Sequence record: DRR723986_7891
Length of the DNA stretch: 56,198 nucleotides
Reading direction: 5' to 3' (one strand)
Position numbers and translations under genes: made by a program. Every line of letters starts with the position of its first letter. Position 1 is the first letter of the stretch. Below the pieces are notes generated by a model that saw nothing but the letters and a program-made list of their open reading frames with translations, ran no database searches and had not been told where the DNA came from. Shown here one piece after another: positions 1-13,545 of the stretch.

Positions 1-191
1 TGCCCAACATCATGAAAGCGAAGAAAAAGCCGCTTGATGTGTACACCCCGGAAGACCTCGGCGTTGCCGTAACCAGTCACCTGACCCAGCTTCGCGTTGA
101 GCCGCCGGCCGAGCGCCAGGCGGGCATCAAGGTTGAGGACGTGGATCAGTTGGTAGACAAGTTGAAGAACGAGGCGAAGGTAATCTCATGA
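1..191 (+). CDS. etfB: Electron transfer flavoprotein beta subunit, 3' end (partial)
   Basis: The frame from base 3 reads [13 protein letters not shown]...[25 protein letters not shown], a typical EtfB C-terminus. Its TGA overlaps the etfA ATG (ATGA). Confidence 0.93.
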   Translation, partial: PNIMKAKKKPLDVYTPEDLGVAVTSHLTQLRVEPPAERQAGIKVEDVDQLVDKLKNEAKVIS

Positions 192-1117
192 GCACCCTGG
201 TAATCGCAGAACACGACAACGGCAGCATCAAGCCCGCCACCCTGAATGCAGTGACTGCAGCCCAGGCCCTGGGTGCAGATATCGATATCCTGGTCGCTGG
301 TGCTGGTTGCGCCGGCGCCGCTGACGCCGCAGCCGCCATTCCGGGTATCGGCAAGGTCCTGCTGGCCGACAATGCGGCCTACGAGCATCAGCTGGCAGAG
401 AATGTGAGCCTGTTGATCGCTGACGTAGGTGCTGCTTACGATAATATCGTTGCGCCGGCGACCACGAATGGCAAGAACATCATGCCGCGCGCGGCAGCGC
501 TGCTCGACGTGGCACAAATCTCGGACGTTACCGCGGTAGAGTCCGCCGATACGTTCAAGCGTCCGGTGTATGCCGGCAATGTGATTGCCACCGTGCAATC
601 CTCCGATGCCAAGAAAGTGATGACGGTCCGTACTACCGCGTTTGACGCGGCAGCGGCCGAAGGTGGCTCTGCTTCTGTCGAAGCGGTCGCCGCGGTTCAC
701 GATGCGGGCATCTCCAGCTTTGTCAGCGAGGAAGTGGCGGTTTCAGATCGACCCGAACTTACCGCTGCAGGCGTGGTGATCTCCGGTGGCCGGGGTATGC
801 AGAACGGCGAGAACTTCAAACTGCTCGACGGTATTGCCGACAAGCTGGGTGCCGCCATTGGCGCCTCCCGCGCGGCGGTAGACGCGGGCTTTGTGCCCAA
901 CGATATGCAGGTCGGCCAGACCGGCAAGATCGTCGCACCTGACCTGTACATCGCCGTCGGCATTTCCGGTGCTATCCAGCACCTGGCCGGGATGAAGGAT
1001 TCCAAGGTCATCGTGGCGATCAACAAGGACGAGGACGCGCCTATCTTCCAGGTGGCTGACTACGGTCTCGTCGCGGACCTGTTTGACGCGCTGCCGGAAC
1101 TGGAAGCAAAGCTCTAG
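188..1117 (+). CDS. etfA: Electron transfer flavoprotein alpha subunit
   Basis: Motifs [26 protein letters not shown] and [12 protein letters not shown]. Confidence 0.97.
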   Translation: MSTLVIAEHDNGSIKPATLNAVTAAQALGADIDILVAGAGCAGAADAAAAIPGIGKVLLADNAAYEHQLAENVSLLIADVGAAYDNIVAPATTNGKNIMPRAAALLDVAQISDVTAVESADTFKRPVYAGNVIATVQSSDAKKVMTVRTTAFDAAAAEGGSASVEAVAAVHDAGISSFVSEEVAVSDRPELTAAGVVISGGRGMQNGENFKLLDGIADKLGAAIGASRAAVDAGFVPNDMQVGQTGKIVAPDLYIAVGISGAIQHLAGMKDSKVIVAINKDEDAPIFQVADYGLVADLFDALPELEAKL

Positions 1118-1137
1118 CCATTGCAGCAAGTACTCCG

Positions 1138-1162
1138 AAGCCGGCCCTGTGCCGGCTTTTTC
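1138..1162 (+). terminator. Rho-independent terminator after etfA
   Basis: AAGCCGGC-cctgt-GCCGGCTT hairpin followed by a T run. Confidence 0.85.
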
Positions 1163-1211
1163 TTGCCTGCAGACAATTCAGTTGGTCGGTGGTGATGGCT
1201 GCCCGAGGGGC

Positions 1212-2387
1212 TCAGTCTCGGCGCAGACGATCTGAAATCGCGATCGGGGTAGGGTAGTTGAGTACCACGATATAGGACGAGACCAGCAAGGTGATGATGG
1301 TCGTGGCCTGGATCAGCAGCGATGCCTGCTCGGAGATCAGTGCCGCGCCCGCTGCGACGTAGGCGATCAGCAGGGAGAACTCGCTGGCCTGGCCGAGCCG
1401 GAAGCCCAGGTCCCAGGCGAGTGTCCGCTTCTCACTTACGCCCTTGAGCAGGAAGCGGTAGACCACCGGCTTCAGGGCCAGCACCAGGACCGATAGCAGC
1501 AGCGCGGGATAGAGCACCTGGTTGAGCAGTGACAGGTCGAAGCGAGCGCCGACCGAGAAGAAAAACAGGATCAGGAAAAAATCCCTCAGGGGCTTCAGGT
1601 TGACCGCGATGTACTGTGATATCGGGCTGGTCGCGATCGTAATGCCGGCAATAAACGCCCCGATTTCTGCCGAAAGGCCGAGCATCTGGCCCACCTCGGC
1701 GACCCCGAGGCACCAGCCGATCGCGAGCAGGAAAATGTACTCGTGAAAGCGGTCGAAGCGGGCGATCAGCGGCAACAGGGCGTAGCGCACCAGCAGCCAT
1801 GCACCCGCCGCCAGCAAGGGCAGGCTGGCGAGGGAGAGACTGATATCCCGCCACAGGGTTTCCGCTGTGCCGGCGGAGGCGCCGAGCAGCAGCATCAGGA
1901 CAATAATTGCCAGCAAGTCCTGCAGCAGCAGCAGGCCGATCATCAGCTCCCCGATATGGCGGTGGTGCAGCACCGTGGTCGGCAGCAATTTGATCCCGAT
2001 GATGGTCGAGGAGAACATCATCGCGGCACCGACGATCAGCGAGTCAAGCAGGGTGAAGCCGAACAGATACGCCACACCGAAGCCAACGGCGGCGAAAACC
2101 ATCGAGCTGAAGACAGCAACCACAGTGGATTTGCGCAGGGTGGACCAAAGCGCCTGGGGCTGCATATCCAGTCCAAGCAGGAACAGCAGGAAGATGATGC
2201 CCACGTGGCCTATCTCGGACAGCAGGTTCAGGTCGGTGACCATGGACAGGCCGTAGGGTCCGATGCACGCGCCCAGCGCAATATAGGCGATGATCAGTGG
2301 TTGCCGGGTATACAGCGCGATCGAGGCAAAAATTGCCGCCCCGGTAAAGATCAGGAAAAAGGAAAAGGTGACGCTGCTGGGATCCAT
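1212..2387 (-). CDS. Cation:proton antiporter (CPA2/KefB-like, membrane domain only)
   Basis: Highly hydrophobic; motifs GIIFLLFLLGL, FSSTIIGIKLL, LLLQDL, GAFIAG and QASEFSLLI. Confidence 0.88.
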   Translation of the reverse strand: MDPSSVTFSFFLIFTGAAIFASIALYTRQPLIIAYIALGACIGPYGLSMVTDLNLLSEIGHVGIIFLLFLLGLDMQPQALWSTLRKSTVVAVFSSMVFAAVGFGVAYLFGFTLLDSLIVGAAMMFSSTIIGIKLLPTTVLHHRHIGELMIGLLLLQDLLAIIVLMLLLGASAGTAETLWRDISLSLASLPLLAAGAWLLVRYALLPLIARFDRFHEYIFLLAIGWCLGVAEVGQMLGLSAEIGAFIAGITIATSPISQYIAVNLKPLRDFFLILFFFSVGARFDLSLLNQVLYPALLLSVLVLALKPVVYRFLLKGVSEKRTLAWDLGFRLGQASEFSLLIAYVAAGAALISEQASLLIQATTIITLLVSSYIVVLNYPTPIAISDRLRRD

Positions 2388-2486
2388 GGGGTCAGGTATT
2401 TGTCCCGGGGTAAGAGCGCAGTGTAATCAAGCCACTCCCGCGGTGGAACCCGTGTATGCCGCCGCAGTGGGTCGGCGGCATACCGC

Positions 2487-2954
2487 TCAGCCCTGCGCGC
2501 GGCGGCGAAACAGGGGCAGAGGCTGGTCTATAGCCGCCTGGTAATGCTCGCTGAAGGCCTGGATATGGGGCAGCGATTCTTCCAGTGTGCTTTCTTTCTC
2601 AAACTGGAAGGCGTTAAAGCCGCAGCGGCTCAGGTAGTGCAACTGGTCGGCGATGAAGTGACCAACGGCGCGCAGTTCCCCCGTATAGCCACGCTGGCGC
2701 AGTTCCCGGGCGTAAGAGAAGCCGCGGCCATCGGTAAACACCGGGAAACTTATTGCGATCAGCCGTATCCCGGCGAGGTCCGCCAGCAGTGGACTGACCC
2801 CGTCACCCGGTTCCAGCTGGACTGCACTGCCGCTCTTGTTATCGAGCAGTGCCCACTGGGCCAGGGTTGGAATATGCTGGGGGAGCGCCTCGTCAGGATT
2901 GGGTGCCAGCCAGTTGTCCTCGACGATCTCTCCATCACGAATCAGGCGAGGCAT
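2487..2954 (-). CDS. DUF934 family protein (sulfite reductase-associated)
   Basis: FPVFTDGRGFSYARELR...GELRAVG...RCGFNAF. Start reassigned to MPRLIRDG at 2954, overlapping the end of cysI. Confidence 0.88.
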   Translation of the reverse strand: MPRLIRDGEIVEDNWLAPNPDEALPQHIPTLAQWALLDNKSGSAVQLEPGDGVSPLLADLAGIRLIAISFPVFTDGRGFSYARELRQRGYTGELRAVGHFIADQLHYLSRCGFNAFQFEKESTLEESLPHIQAFSEHYQAAIDQPLPLFRRRAQG

Positions 2955-4602
2955 AAACACGCTCCTTGAAGGGCTCAATGCCCACACGTTGGTAGGTTTG
3001 CAGGAACAGTTCTTCTTCCTCACGCAGCGCCACATAGGTGGCCAGCAAGGTTTCCACGACATCGGGCATGGCCTCCCTGCTGAAGGAGGGGCCGAGAATC
3101 TTGCCGATCGCGGCGTCCTTCGCCTGGCTGCCGCCAAGTGAGACCTGGTAAAACTCCTGGCCTTTTTTGTCGACCCCGAGAATACCGATGTGACCGATGT
3201 GATGATGTCCGCAGGCGTTCATGCAGCCACTGATGTTGATTTCCAGTGGCCCCAGATCGTACACGTAATCCATGTTGTCGAACCGTGCCTGGATGGCCTC
3301 GGCGATGGGGATGGACTTGGCGTTCGCCAGCGAGCAGAAGTCGCCGCCAGGACAGCAGATCATATCCGTCAGGTAGCCGATGTTTGCGGTGGCCATGCCC
3401 GCGCGCTGCAGGGCTTGCCAGAGCGCATGGAGGTCTGCCTGGCGCACGTCGGCGAGTACCATGTTCTGCTGGTGAGTGGTGCGTATCTCGCCAAAACTGA
3501 AGCTGTCAGCGAGCTCCGCGAGGAGCTCCAGCTGGCTGTCGGTCACGTCGCCGGGTGCCACCCCGGTAGCCTTGAGAGAGATGGTCACGGCGCGGTAGCC
3601 GGGGACCCGATGAGCAACCGTATTGCGCTTAACCCAGTTGCCAAACAGCGGGTCTTTTTCTGCCTGCGCCGCCAGGGCTGCGGCCTCGGCGTCAGGGTCA
3701 AGCTGCGCGTAGTCCGGCGAGGTGAAAAACGAGCTGGCGTGACTGATGGCCTCGTCGGTGAGGGTGCTTGGGCCGTCTTTTATCAGTTCCCATTCGCGTT
3801 CGACCGCTTCCCTGAACGCTTCCACGCCCATGGCTTTGACCAGTATCTTGATCCGGGCCTTGTACTTGTTGTCCCGCCGGCCATGCTGGTTGTATACCCG
3901 GAGGATGGCTTCCAGGTAAGTCAGCAGGTGTTTCTTTTCCAGCCAGTCGCAGATCACGGAGCCGATTACCGGCGTCCGCCCCAGGCCGCCACCGGCCAGG
4001 ACCCGGAAGCCGATCTCGCCATTTGCGGCGGCGACCAGCTCGATACCGATATCGTGCGCATGGATGGCGGCGCGGTCCTCGGCGCTGCCGCAGACGGCGA
4101 TCTTGAACTTGCGCGGCAGGAAAGCGAACTCGGGATGCAGGGTAGACCACTGCCGGATGATCTCGCAGTAGGGGCGGGGATCCTCAAGCTCGTCTGTGGC
4201 GACGCCGGCAAACTGGTCGGTGGTCGTATTGCGAATGCAGTTGCCGCTGGTCTGGATCGCATGCATCTCCACCGAAGCCAGCTCAGCCAGGATATCAGGC
4301 ACATCCTCCAGCGCCGGCCAGTTGAGCTGGAAATTCTGGCGGGTGCTGACATGGGCATAGCCCTTGTCGTAGCGGCGAGTGATATCCGCCAGCTTGCGCA
4401 GCTGCCTGGAGCTGAGCAGGCCGTAGGGCACGGCAATGCGCAGCATGGGCGCCAGGCGCTGAACGTAAAGGCCGTTCTGTAGCCGCAGGGGCAGGAATTC
4501 CGCATCGCTCAGCTCGCCTGCGAGATAGCGTCGGGTCTGGTCGCGAAACTGTTCGACCCGCTGATCGACAATAGCCTGGTCGTACTGGTCGTAAACGTAC
4601 AT
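2935..4602 (-). CDS. cysI: Sulfite (nitrite/sulfite) reductase hemoprotein
   Basis: RLQNGLY, STRQN, LPRKFK, and siroheme/4Fe-4S cysteines CCPGGDFC...SGCMNAC. Confidence 0.93.
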   Translation of the reverse strand: MYVYDQYDQAIVDQRVEQFRDQTRRYLAGELSDAEFLPLRLQNGLYVQRLAPMLRIAVPYGLLSSRQLRKLADITRRYDKGYAHVSTRQNFQLNWPALEDVPDILAELASVEMHAIQTSGNCIRNTTTDQFAGVATDELEDPRPYCEIIRQWSTLHPEFAFLPRKFKIAVCGSAEDRAAIHAHDIGIELVAAANGEIGFRVLAGGGLGRTPVIGSVICDWLEKKHLLTYLEAILRVYNQHGRRDNKYKARIKILVKAMGVEAFREAVEREWELIKDGPSTLTDEAISHASSFFTSPDYAQLDPDAEAAALAAQAEKDPLFGNWVKRNTVAHRVPGYRAVTISLKATGVAPGDVTDSQLELLAELADSFSFGEIRTTHQQNMVLADVRQADLHALWQALQRAGMATANIGYLTDMICCPGGDFCSLANAKSIPIAEAIQARFDNMDYVYDLGPLEINISGCMNACGHHHIGHIGILGVDKKGQEFYQVSLGGSQAKDAAIGKILGPSFSREAMPDVVETLLATYVALREEEELFLQTYQRVGIEPFKERVYASPDS

Positions 4603-4674
4603 CAGTTGTTCCTGTGCTTGGGTCCGTTGTCATTCCCGGGGACGACACGGTACCAGATTAAAGTGCCTAGCAAA

Positions 4675-4691
4675 TATGCATAATTTTCATA
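4675..4691. promoter_or_regulatory. Putative LysR-type (CysB/MetR-like) operator upstream of cysI
   Basis: AT-rich dyad TATG-cataatttt-CATA containing T-N11-A, about 75 bp upstream of the cysI start. Confidence 0.45.
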
Positions 4692-4767
4692 AGGTTAGAA
4701 CGCCACTATAAAGCCTCTTCAAGAGCGCCTGCGGCAGGTATTCAGGGCTTGGGATTGGCGTGGCAGC

Positions 4768-4776
4768 TGCTATAAT
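4768..4776 (+). promoter_or_regulatory. Extended -10 sigma70 promoter for the small ORF at 4823
   Basis: TGcTATAAT is a perfect TGn-TATAAT; TTGGGA lies 16 bp upstream. Confidence 0.6.
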
Positions 4777-4822
4777 GCGGCCTCTTTTCCCTACCCTTAA
4801 ACACGCTGCAAGGAGCACTTAA

Positions 4823-4933
4823 ATGGCCAACAGTAATCTCAATGACGGGTCTGCGGACGCCATAGCCGCCACGGCAATCGTGACCATCGTGGTTTTCACC
4901 CTGTACCTCTGGCTGTCGGGCATGCCTTCCTGA
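4823..4933 (+). CDS. Small single-pass membrane protein (36 aa), not in the ORF track
   Basis: AAGGAG SD, then MANSNLNDGSADAIAATAIVTIVVFTLYLWLSGMPS*; has its own promoter. Confidence 0.75.
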   Translation: MANSNLNDGSADAIAATAIVTIVVFTLYLWLSGMPS

Positions 4934-4955
4934 CAGTGCGCTCCCGGGCGCGGGT

Positions 4956-5198
4956 TCATCCGCGCCCACTCAAAACCAGCTGGACGATGGCGTAAACGGT
5001 CCCGATAAAGAGCAGGGTGAAAATCAGTCCTGCCGCAATAAAGACGCCTGCACGACCCTGTTTGAAGTCCCGCTCCCGGTTCCGACTGCTCTGCACGCCG
5101 AGCCCGGCTGCCAGTACGCTGCCTACCACCTGGAAAGGATTCACTTTCTGCTTGCGCTCTGACGGCGCCGCGTCAGCTTGCTTGTTCTGGTCATTCAC
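4956..5198 (-). CDS. DUF2970 family small membrane protein
   Basis: SVLAAGLGVQSSRNRERDF motif followed by a TM helix; lies downstream of metH. Confidence 0.85.
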   Translation of the reverse strand: MNDQNKQADAAPSERKQKVNPFQVVGSVLAAGLGVQSSRNRERDFKQGRAGVFIAAGLIFTLLFIGTVYAIVQLVLSGRG

Positions 5199-5209
5199 GG
5201 CTTGATTCC

Positions 5210-8893
<3,684 letters not shown>

Positions 8894-8942
8894 GTCCGGT
8901 TCCGGCACGGGGGCTTTTTGGGGCCCGGGTAAAAAGCAGCGC

Positions 8943-9020
8943 ATTCTAGCAGAGTCGGCGGCCTTTTTGGTCCGTTACAGCACTGATAGCTATGCCGATG
9001 CGTGGGTTGTTTGCTAGAAT
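8943..9020. promoter_or_regulatory. Divergent extended -10 promoters for metH (-) and nfuA (+)
   Basis: TGCTAGAAT occurs on the minus strand at 8951-8943 and on the plus strand at 9012-9020. Confidence 0.5.
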
Positions 9021-9052
9021 ACCCGACTAAATTACTCGGAATGGGAGCGAGT

Positions 9053-9631
9053 ATGATCACCATCACCGAATCGGCGCAGGATTACCTGGCCGAATTGCTC
9101 AGCAAGCAGGAGGATGCCCTGGGCGTACGGGTGTTTATTAACCAGCCGGGAACACCCCGGGCCGAGACCTGCATTGCCTATTGCCGCGAGGGCGACCGGC
9201 AGGAAAGCGACGTGGAGCACAAGTACGAGAAGTTTACCGCCTGGTTCGATGGCCGCAGCCAGCCCTTCCTGGAAGATGCACTGGTCGATTACGCCAAGGA
9301 TCGGATGGGTGGCCAACTCACCATCAAGGCGCCCAATGCCAAGATGCCCCGGGTTGATGAAGACAGCCCGCTGGAAGACCGGATCAACTACCTGTTGTAC
9401 AACGAGGTCAATCCCTCGCTGGCCGCGCATGGCGGTGAAGTCAGCCTGGTCGAGCTCACCGAGGACAACTATGCAGTCCTGCGTTTTGGCGGCGGCTGTC
9501 AGGGCTGCAGTGCAGTCGACCTGACGCTCAAGGATGGGGTCGAAAAAACCCTGTTGGAACAGCTGCCCCAGCTCAAGGGTGTGCGCGATATGACTGACCA
9601 CAGCGATCGCAGCAACGCCTATTACTCCTAG
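9053..9631 (+). CDS. nfuA: Fe-S cluster biogenesis protein NfuA
   Basis: MITITESAQ start, [22 protein letters not shown] and GGGCQGC. Confidence 0.95.
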   Translation: MITITESAQDYLAELLSKQEDALGVRVFINQPGTPRAETCIAYCREGDRQESDVEHKYEKFTAWFDGRSQPFLEDALVDYAKDRMGGQLTIKAPNAKMPRVDEDSPLEDRINYLLYNEVNPSLAAHGGEVSLVELTEDNYAVLRFGGGCQGCSAVDLTLKDGVEKTLLEQLPQLKGVRDMTDHSDRSNAYYS

Positions 9632-9662
9632 GGTCTAGCGGGCCCTGTTCCCGGGCCCGGTG

Positions 9663-10736
9663 TCAGCCCCGGCGCCCGGGTAGCACGTCCCGGAGCTTGT
9701 CCCGCGTTGCGCGCAGGCAACGCTCAGTGGTTTCCCAGTCGATACAGCCATCGGTAACCGAAACGCCGTAGGCGAGTTCGTCCAGGTTCGCGGGGATGGC
9801 CTGGTTGCCGGCGTGCAGGTTGCTTTCAACCATCAGCCCGACAATGGACTGGTTACCTTCCAGGATCTGGTTTGCCACATTCTCCACCACCTGTGGCTGC
9901 AGCTCCGGCTTCTTGCTGGAATTGGCGTGACTGCAGTCGATCATGATGTTGCGCGGTACCCTGGCTTTATCCAGCGCTTCCTCGCACAGGCGCACGTGCA
10001 CAGAATCGTAGTTGGGGCCAGAGCTGCCGCCGCGCAGGACAATGTGCCCGTAGGGATTGCCGCGGGTGGTGAATACCGCCACCTGGCCCTGGCGATTGAT
10101 GCCGAGAAAGCGGTGCGGTTTGGCGACCGAGTTCAGCGCATTAGTGGCCACAGTGAGACCACCGTCTGTGCCATTCTTAAAGCCGACTGCCGAGGACAAG
10201 CCACTGGCCATTTCCCGGTGGGTTTGCGATTCGGTAGTGCGCGCGCCGATCGCCGACCAGGAGATGAGGTCTTGCAAGTATTGCGGCGAAATCGGATCCA
10301 GTGCCTCGGTAGAGGTCGGCAGGCCCAGTTCGAGGATATCCAGCAGCAGGCGCCGGCCAATGTGCAGGCCCTCTTCGATCATGAAGGAATCATCGAGGTG
10401 TGGATCGTTGATCAGGCCCTTCCAGCCCACCGTGGTCCGCGGCTTTTCGAAGTAGACCCGCATGACGATGTACAGTGTGTCAGCCAGTTCATCGGCAAGC
10501 GCTTTCAGCCGCCGGGCGTAGTCCATAGCGGCGGCCGGGTCGTGGATCGAGCAAGGCCCGACGACGACAAACAGGCGCGGGTCCTTGCCATCGAGAATAT
10601 CCCAGATCACCTGGCGGCTGTCGGTGACCACCTCGCGGGCGCGCTCGCTGAGGGGCAGGGCGGCCTTCAGGTTCTCCGGGGTTACCAGCACATTTTGTGC
10701 GGCAACATTGATGTTGTGGACTTCCATATTGCTCAT
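9663..10736 (-). CDS. aroG: 3-deoxy-7-phosphoheptulonate (DAHP) synthase, class I (AroF/G/H family)
   Basis: GPCSIHD, RVYFEKPRTTVGWKG, IGARTTESQTHR, DCSHANS and YGVSVTDGC. The feedback isoform cannot be determined. Confidence 0.92.
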   Translation of the reverse strand: MSNMEVHNINVAAQNVLVTPENLKAALPLSERAREVVTDSRQVIWDILDGKDPRLFVVVGPCSIHDPAAAMDYARRLKALADELADTLYIVMRVYFEKPRTTVGWKGLINDPHLDDSFMIEEGLHIGRRLLLDILELGLPTSTEALDPISPQYLQDLISWSAIGARTTESQTHREMASGLSSAVGFKNGTDGGLTVATNALNSVAKPHRFLGINRQGQVAVFTTRGNPYGHIVLRGGSSGPNYDSVHVRLCEEALDKARVPRNIMIDCSHANSSKKPELQPQVVENVANQILEGNQSIVGLMVESNLHAGNQAIPANLDELAYGVSVTDGCIDWETTERCLRATRDKLRDVLPGRRG

Positions 10737-10860
10737 TGATTGCTACCTGATACAGTACCGGTCACGGCGTGACGCCGTGGGCGCTGCATTCTATAGCAGC
10801 CAGGGGCCTTTTTACAGGCAACTACCGGCGGCGAGACCTGTCGGCAGCAGAGGCTGAAGC

Positions 10861-13545
10861 TTGCAGGGACACGATACCCAAACACTTTACCGACTGGATC
10901 ACCTCATCGAGCCTATCGATGACGGGGCCATTTTGCTCACCCCAAACGCACGCCTGGCACGCCGGATCAAAGCCGAGTGGAACCGGCGTCAGCTCGCCGC
11001 TGGCCTCAACTGCTGGACGCCACTCCCGGTGTATTCCCTGGAAAGCTGGCTGTTGCAGCAGTGGCAGGCGGCGGTAGCAGCTGGCCGACTGGCGCACAGG
11101 ATTCTCCTGGATTCGGCGCGCCAGCAGGAACTATGGCTACAGGTCATCACGGCCGACGGCGAGGCCAATCCGAATTACAGCCTGCTGCAACCTGCGGCCG
11201 CTGCCCGGTTGGCGAGCACCGCCCGAGAAGACCTGCTGCGCTGGGAAATTGATATCGACAGCTCGTCCACGGCAGCAGAATTTGCTGACGATGCCGACTG
11301 CGCCACCTTTCTACGCTGGCATCGGGCCTTTGCGGCGCGTCTGCTTGCCGCCGGAATGGACAGCAGCAGTGGCTGCCTGCGTGCTCTCGCGGGATTACCG
11401 GAGCGTGCAGGACGCCCGCGGCTGGTGTTACTGGATTTTGATGACATACCGCCCCTGTACCGCAGCTGTCTTGCGCGTCTGGGCAGCCAGGTCGAGGAGT
11501 TCGACACCCCGGGGGAGTTGTCGCCGCTGGCCGCCTTGTCGTTCCCGGATAAACGCGCCGAACTGACAGCCGCAGCGCAGTGGGCTGCGCAGCAGTGGCG
11601 TGCCGATTCGCAAACCACAATCGGCATTGTGCTGCAGGACATGCACCGCGACCGCCTGGCGCTCGAATACCAGCTGCGTCGCGAGTTTGATTGCCTGGGC
11701 GATGATTACGCCAGCCTGCCCGTCAACTTTTCCACCGGCATAAGTCTCGATCGAGCGCCTGTGGTGCGCGATGCTCTGGACATTCTCGGGACGGCGGAGC
11801 GCAGTATTCCGCTTGCGGTGGTGGTCAGGCTGTTGCAGTCGCGTTTTACCGGGCAGCGGGATGGCCGCGGACCGCTGGCGATCAAACTGGTGCGGGATCT
11901 CTACCGCGATGGCAAGCAGGAGGTGGATAGCGCCCGTCTGCGCTACCGTGCCGCAGATGTGAGGCTGGAAGAAGGCGGGGAGCGAGGTACCCAGCTCGGA
12001 GCATGCCTTGCCCGCGTCGCCCAGCGCAGATTACACCGCCTGCAGTTGCCGCCCTCAGCCTGGGCAGAGGAGTTCAGCCTGTCGCTCGAGCAGTGGGGCT
12101 GGCCGGGAGAGGGCCTCGACTCTCTCGAATACCAGCAGGTCGAACTCTGGTACCGGACGCTGGAGACGTTCGCTGCCTACGACCAGGTCTGTAGCCCCCT
12201 GGGCTACACGGACGCCCTGGCGACCCTGCGCCGCTGCTGTGAAGCCCAGATATCCCAACCCCAGTCTGCCGACAGCCGGATTCAGGTACTCGGGCCGCTG
12301 GAAGCGGCTGGACTGGCCTTCGATAAGCTGCGGCTTTGCGGGCTTCAGGCGGGCCAGTTCCCGGCCCCCGCCCGGCCCAATCCCTTTATCCCGGCCGCCC
12401 TGCAACGCCGCCGGGACATGCCTCACGCGTCCGCCGAACGCGAGTGGCGCTTCGCCGAGGGCTTGCTGGGACGTTTTCTGGTTTCAAGCAAGGCCGTGTC
12501 CGCCAGTTACAGTCGATCCATTGATGGCGTTGCCGAGCGACCGAGTCCTCTGCTGAAGGCCAGCGCCCCCGAGGCAGTTGAAGAGCACTGGTCAGCCCCA
12601 TTGTCCTGGCAGGACTGTCGCAGCACGCTGCCTCTCGCGGTGCTCCCTGACGACCGCCCGCTGCCCCTGGCAGCAGAGGAAGCAGCCGGACTGGCGGGCG
12701 GCAGCGGCATCCTGGATGACCAGGCGCAATGTCCGTTCCGGGCGTTCGCCAGACGGCGTGCCGGTATCGAGGTACTCGACGAGCTGCGCGAGGGTCTCTC
12801 GCCCGCGGATCGCGGCAATCTGGTACATAACGCACTGTACGATCTGTGGGGCAGGCTGGGCGGGCAGCGTGAACTGCTACAGCTGGCAGACGATGAGCGC
12901 GTGGCGCTGACGGTTGATTGTGCGGAAAAGGCAGTGCTGGGCCTGCCGGAAGCCCGGCGCCAGCTTATCGGTATAGCCTGCCTGGAACTGGAGAAGCAGC
13001 GGCTGGGGCTACTGCTGCAGCAGTGGCTGGACCTGGAGGCGGGGCGAGGCGCGTTCACGGTGGTCGCTCGCGAGGCCGACCTGCAGACTACGATCGGGCC
13101 TTTGGATCTGCGCCTGCGCATTGACCGGATAGACGAACTCGAAGATGGCAAGCAGCTGCTGATTGATTACAAGACCGGGCGCAGCGAGCTGTCCGCCTGG
13201 TTTGGCGACCGCCCTGGCGCTGTGCAATTGCCGCTGTACGCCAGCGCCATGCCGGTGTCGGGGATAGCCTATGCTCGCCTGCGGGAGCGGGACCTGGGCT
13301 TCGTCGGCATCGGCGACTGCGATGGGGTACCCGGGGTAGGCAGTGAGTTTCCCAAAGTTGTGCAGCGTTACAGCGACGCCGAGAGCTGGGAGGCGCAGGT
13401 CAGCCAGTGGCAGGAAACGACCAGGCAGCTGGCCGGTGATTTTATCGCCGGGGAGGCGGTGGTGGATCCCCTGCGAGGAGCCTGTGATTACTGCGGCCTG
13501 CAGGCCCTGTGTCGGGTGGGTCAGGATCCGGGGGTCGCAATATGA
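10861..13545 (+). CDS. AddB-like PD-(D/E)XK nuclease (probable DNA repair protein) with Fe-S cysteines
   Basis: QCPFRAF, RGNLVH, RIDRID, LIDYKTG, QLPLY and CDYCGLQALC. Confidence 0.85.
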   Translation: MQGHDTQTLYRLDHLIEPIDDGAILLTPNARLARRIKAEWNRRQLAAGLNCWTPLPVYSLESWLLQQWQAAVAAGRLAHRILLDSARQQELWLQVITADGEANPNYSLLQPAAAARLASTAREDLLRWEIDIDSSSTAAEFADDADCATFLRWHRAFAARLLAAGMDSSSGCLRALAGLPERAGRPRLVLLDFDDIPPLYRSCLARLGSQVEEFDTPGELSPLAALSFPDKRAELTAAAQWAAQQWRADSQTTIGIVLQDMHRDRLALEYQLRREFDCLGDDYASLPVNFSTGISLDRAPVVRDALDILGTAERSIPLAVVVRLLQSRFTGQRDGRGPLAIKLVRDLYRDGKQEVDSARLRYRAADVRLEEGGERGTQLGACLARVAQRRLHRLQLPPSAWAEEFSLSLEQWGWPGEGLDSLEYQQVELWYRTLETFAAYDQVCSPLGYTDALATLRRCCEAQISQPQSADSRIQVLGPLEAAGLAFDKLRLCGLQAGQFPAPARPNPFIPAALQRRRDMPHASAEREWRFAEGLLGRFLVSSKAVSASYSRSIDGVAERPSPLLKASAPEAVEEHWSAPLSWQDCRSTLPLAVLPDDRPLPLAAEEAAGLAGGSGILDDQAQCPFRAFARRRAGIEVLDELREGLSPADRGNLVHNALYDLWGRLGGQRELLQLADDERVALTVDCAEKAVLGLPEARRQLIGIACLELEKQRLGLLLQQWLDLEAGRGAFTVVAREADLQTTIGPLDLRLRIDRIDELEDGKQLLIDYKTGRSELSAWFGDRPGAVQLPLYASAMPVSGIAYARLRERDLGFVGIGDCDGVPGVGSEFPKVVQRYSDAESWEAQVSQWQETTRQLAGDFIAGEAVVDPLRGACDYCGLQALCRVGQDPGVAI

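Noticed and set aside
2955-3137. N-terminal extensions in the ORF track (DUF934, and similarly dnaQ, nudC, sohB, cti, clpA, rarA and the LLM gene)
   Set aside because: They overlap neighbouring genes or lack family similarity; downstream starts fit better.
8894-8945. Possible SAH/SAM/cobalamin riboswitch before metH
   Set aside because: The leader is short and I see no matching conserved riboswitch core.
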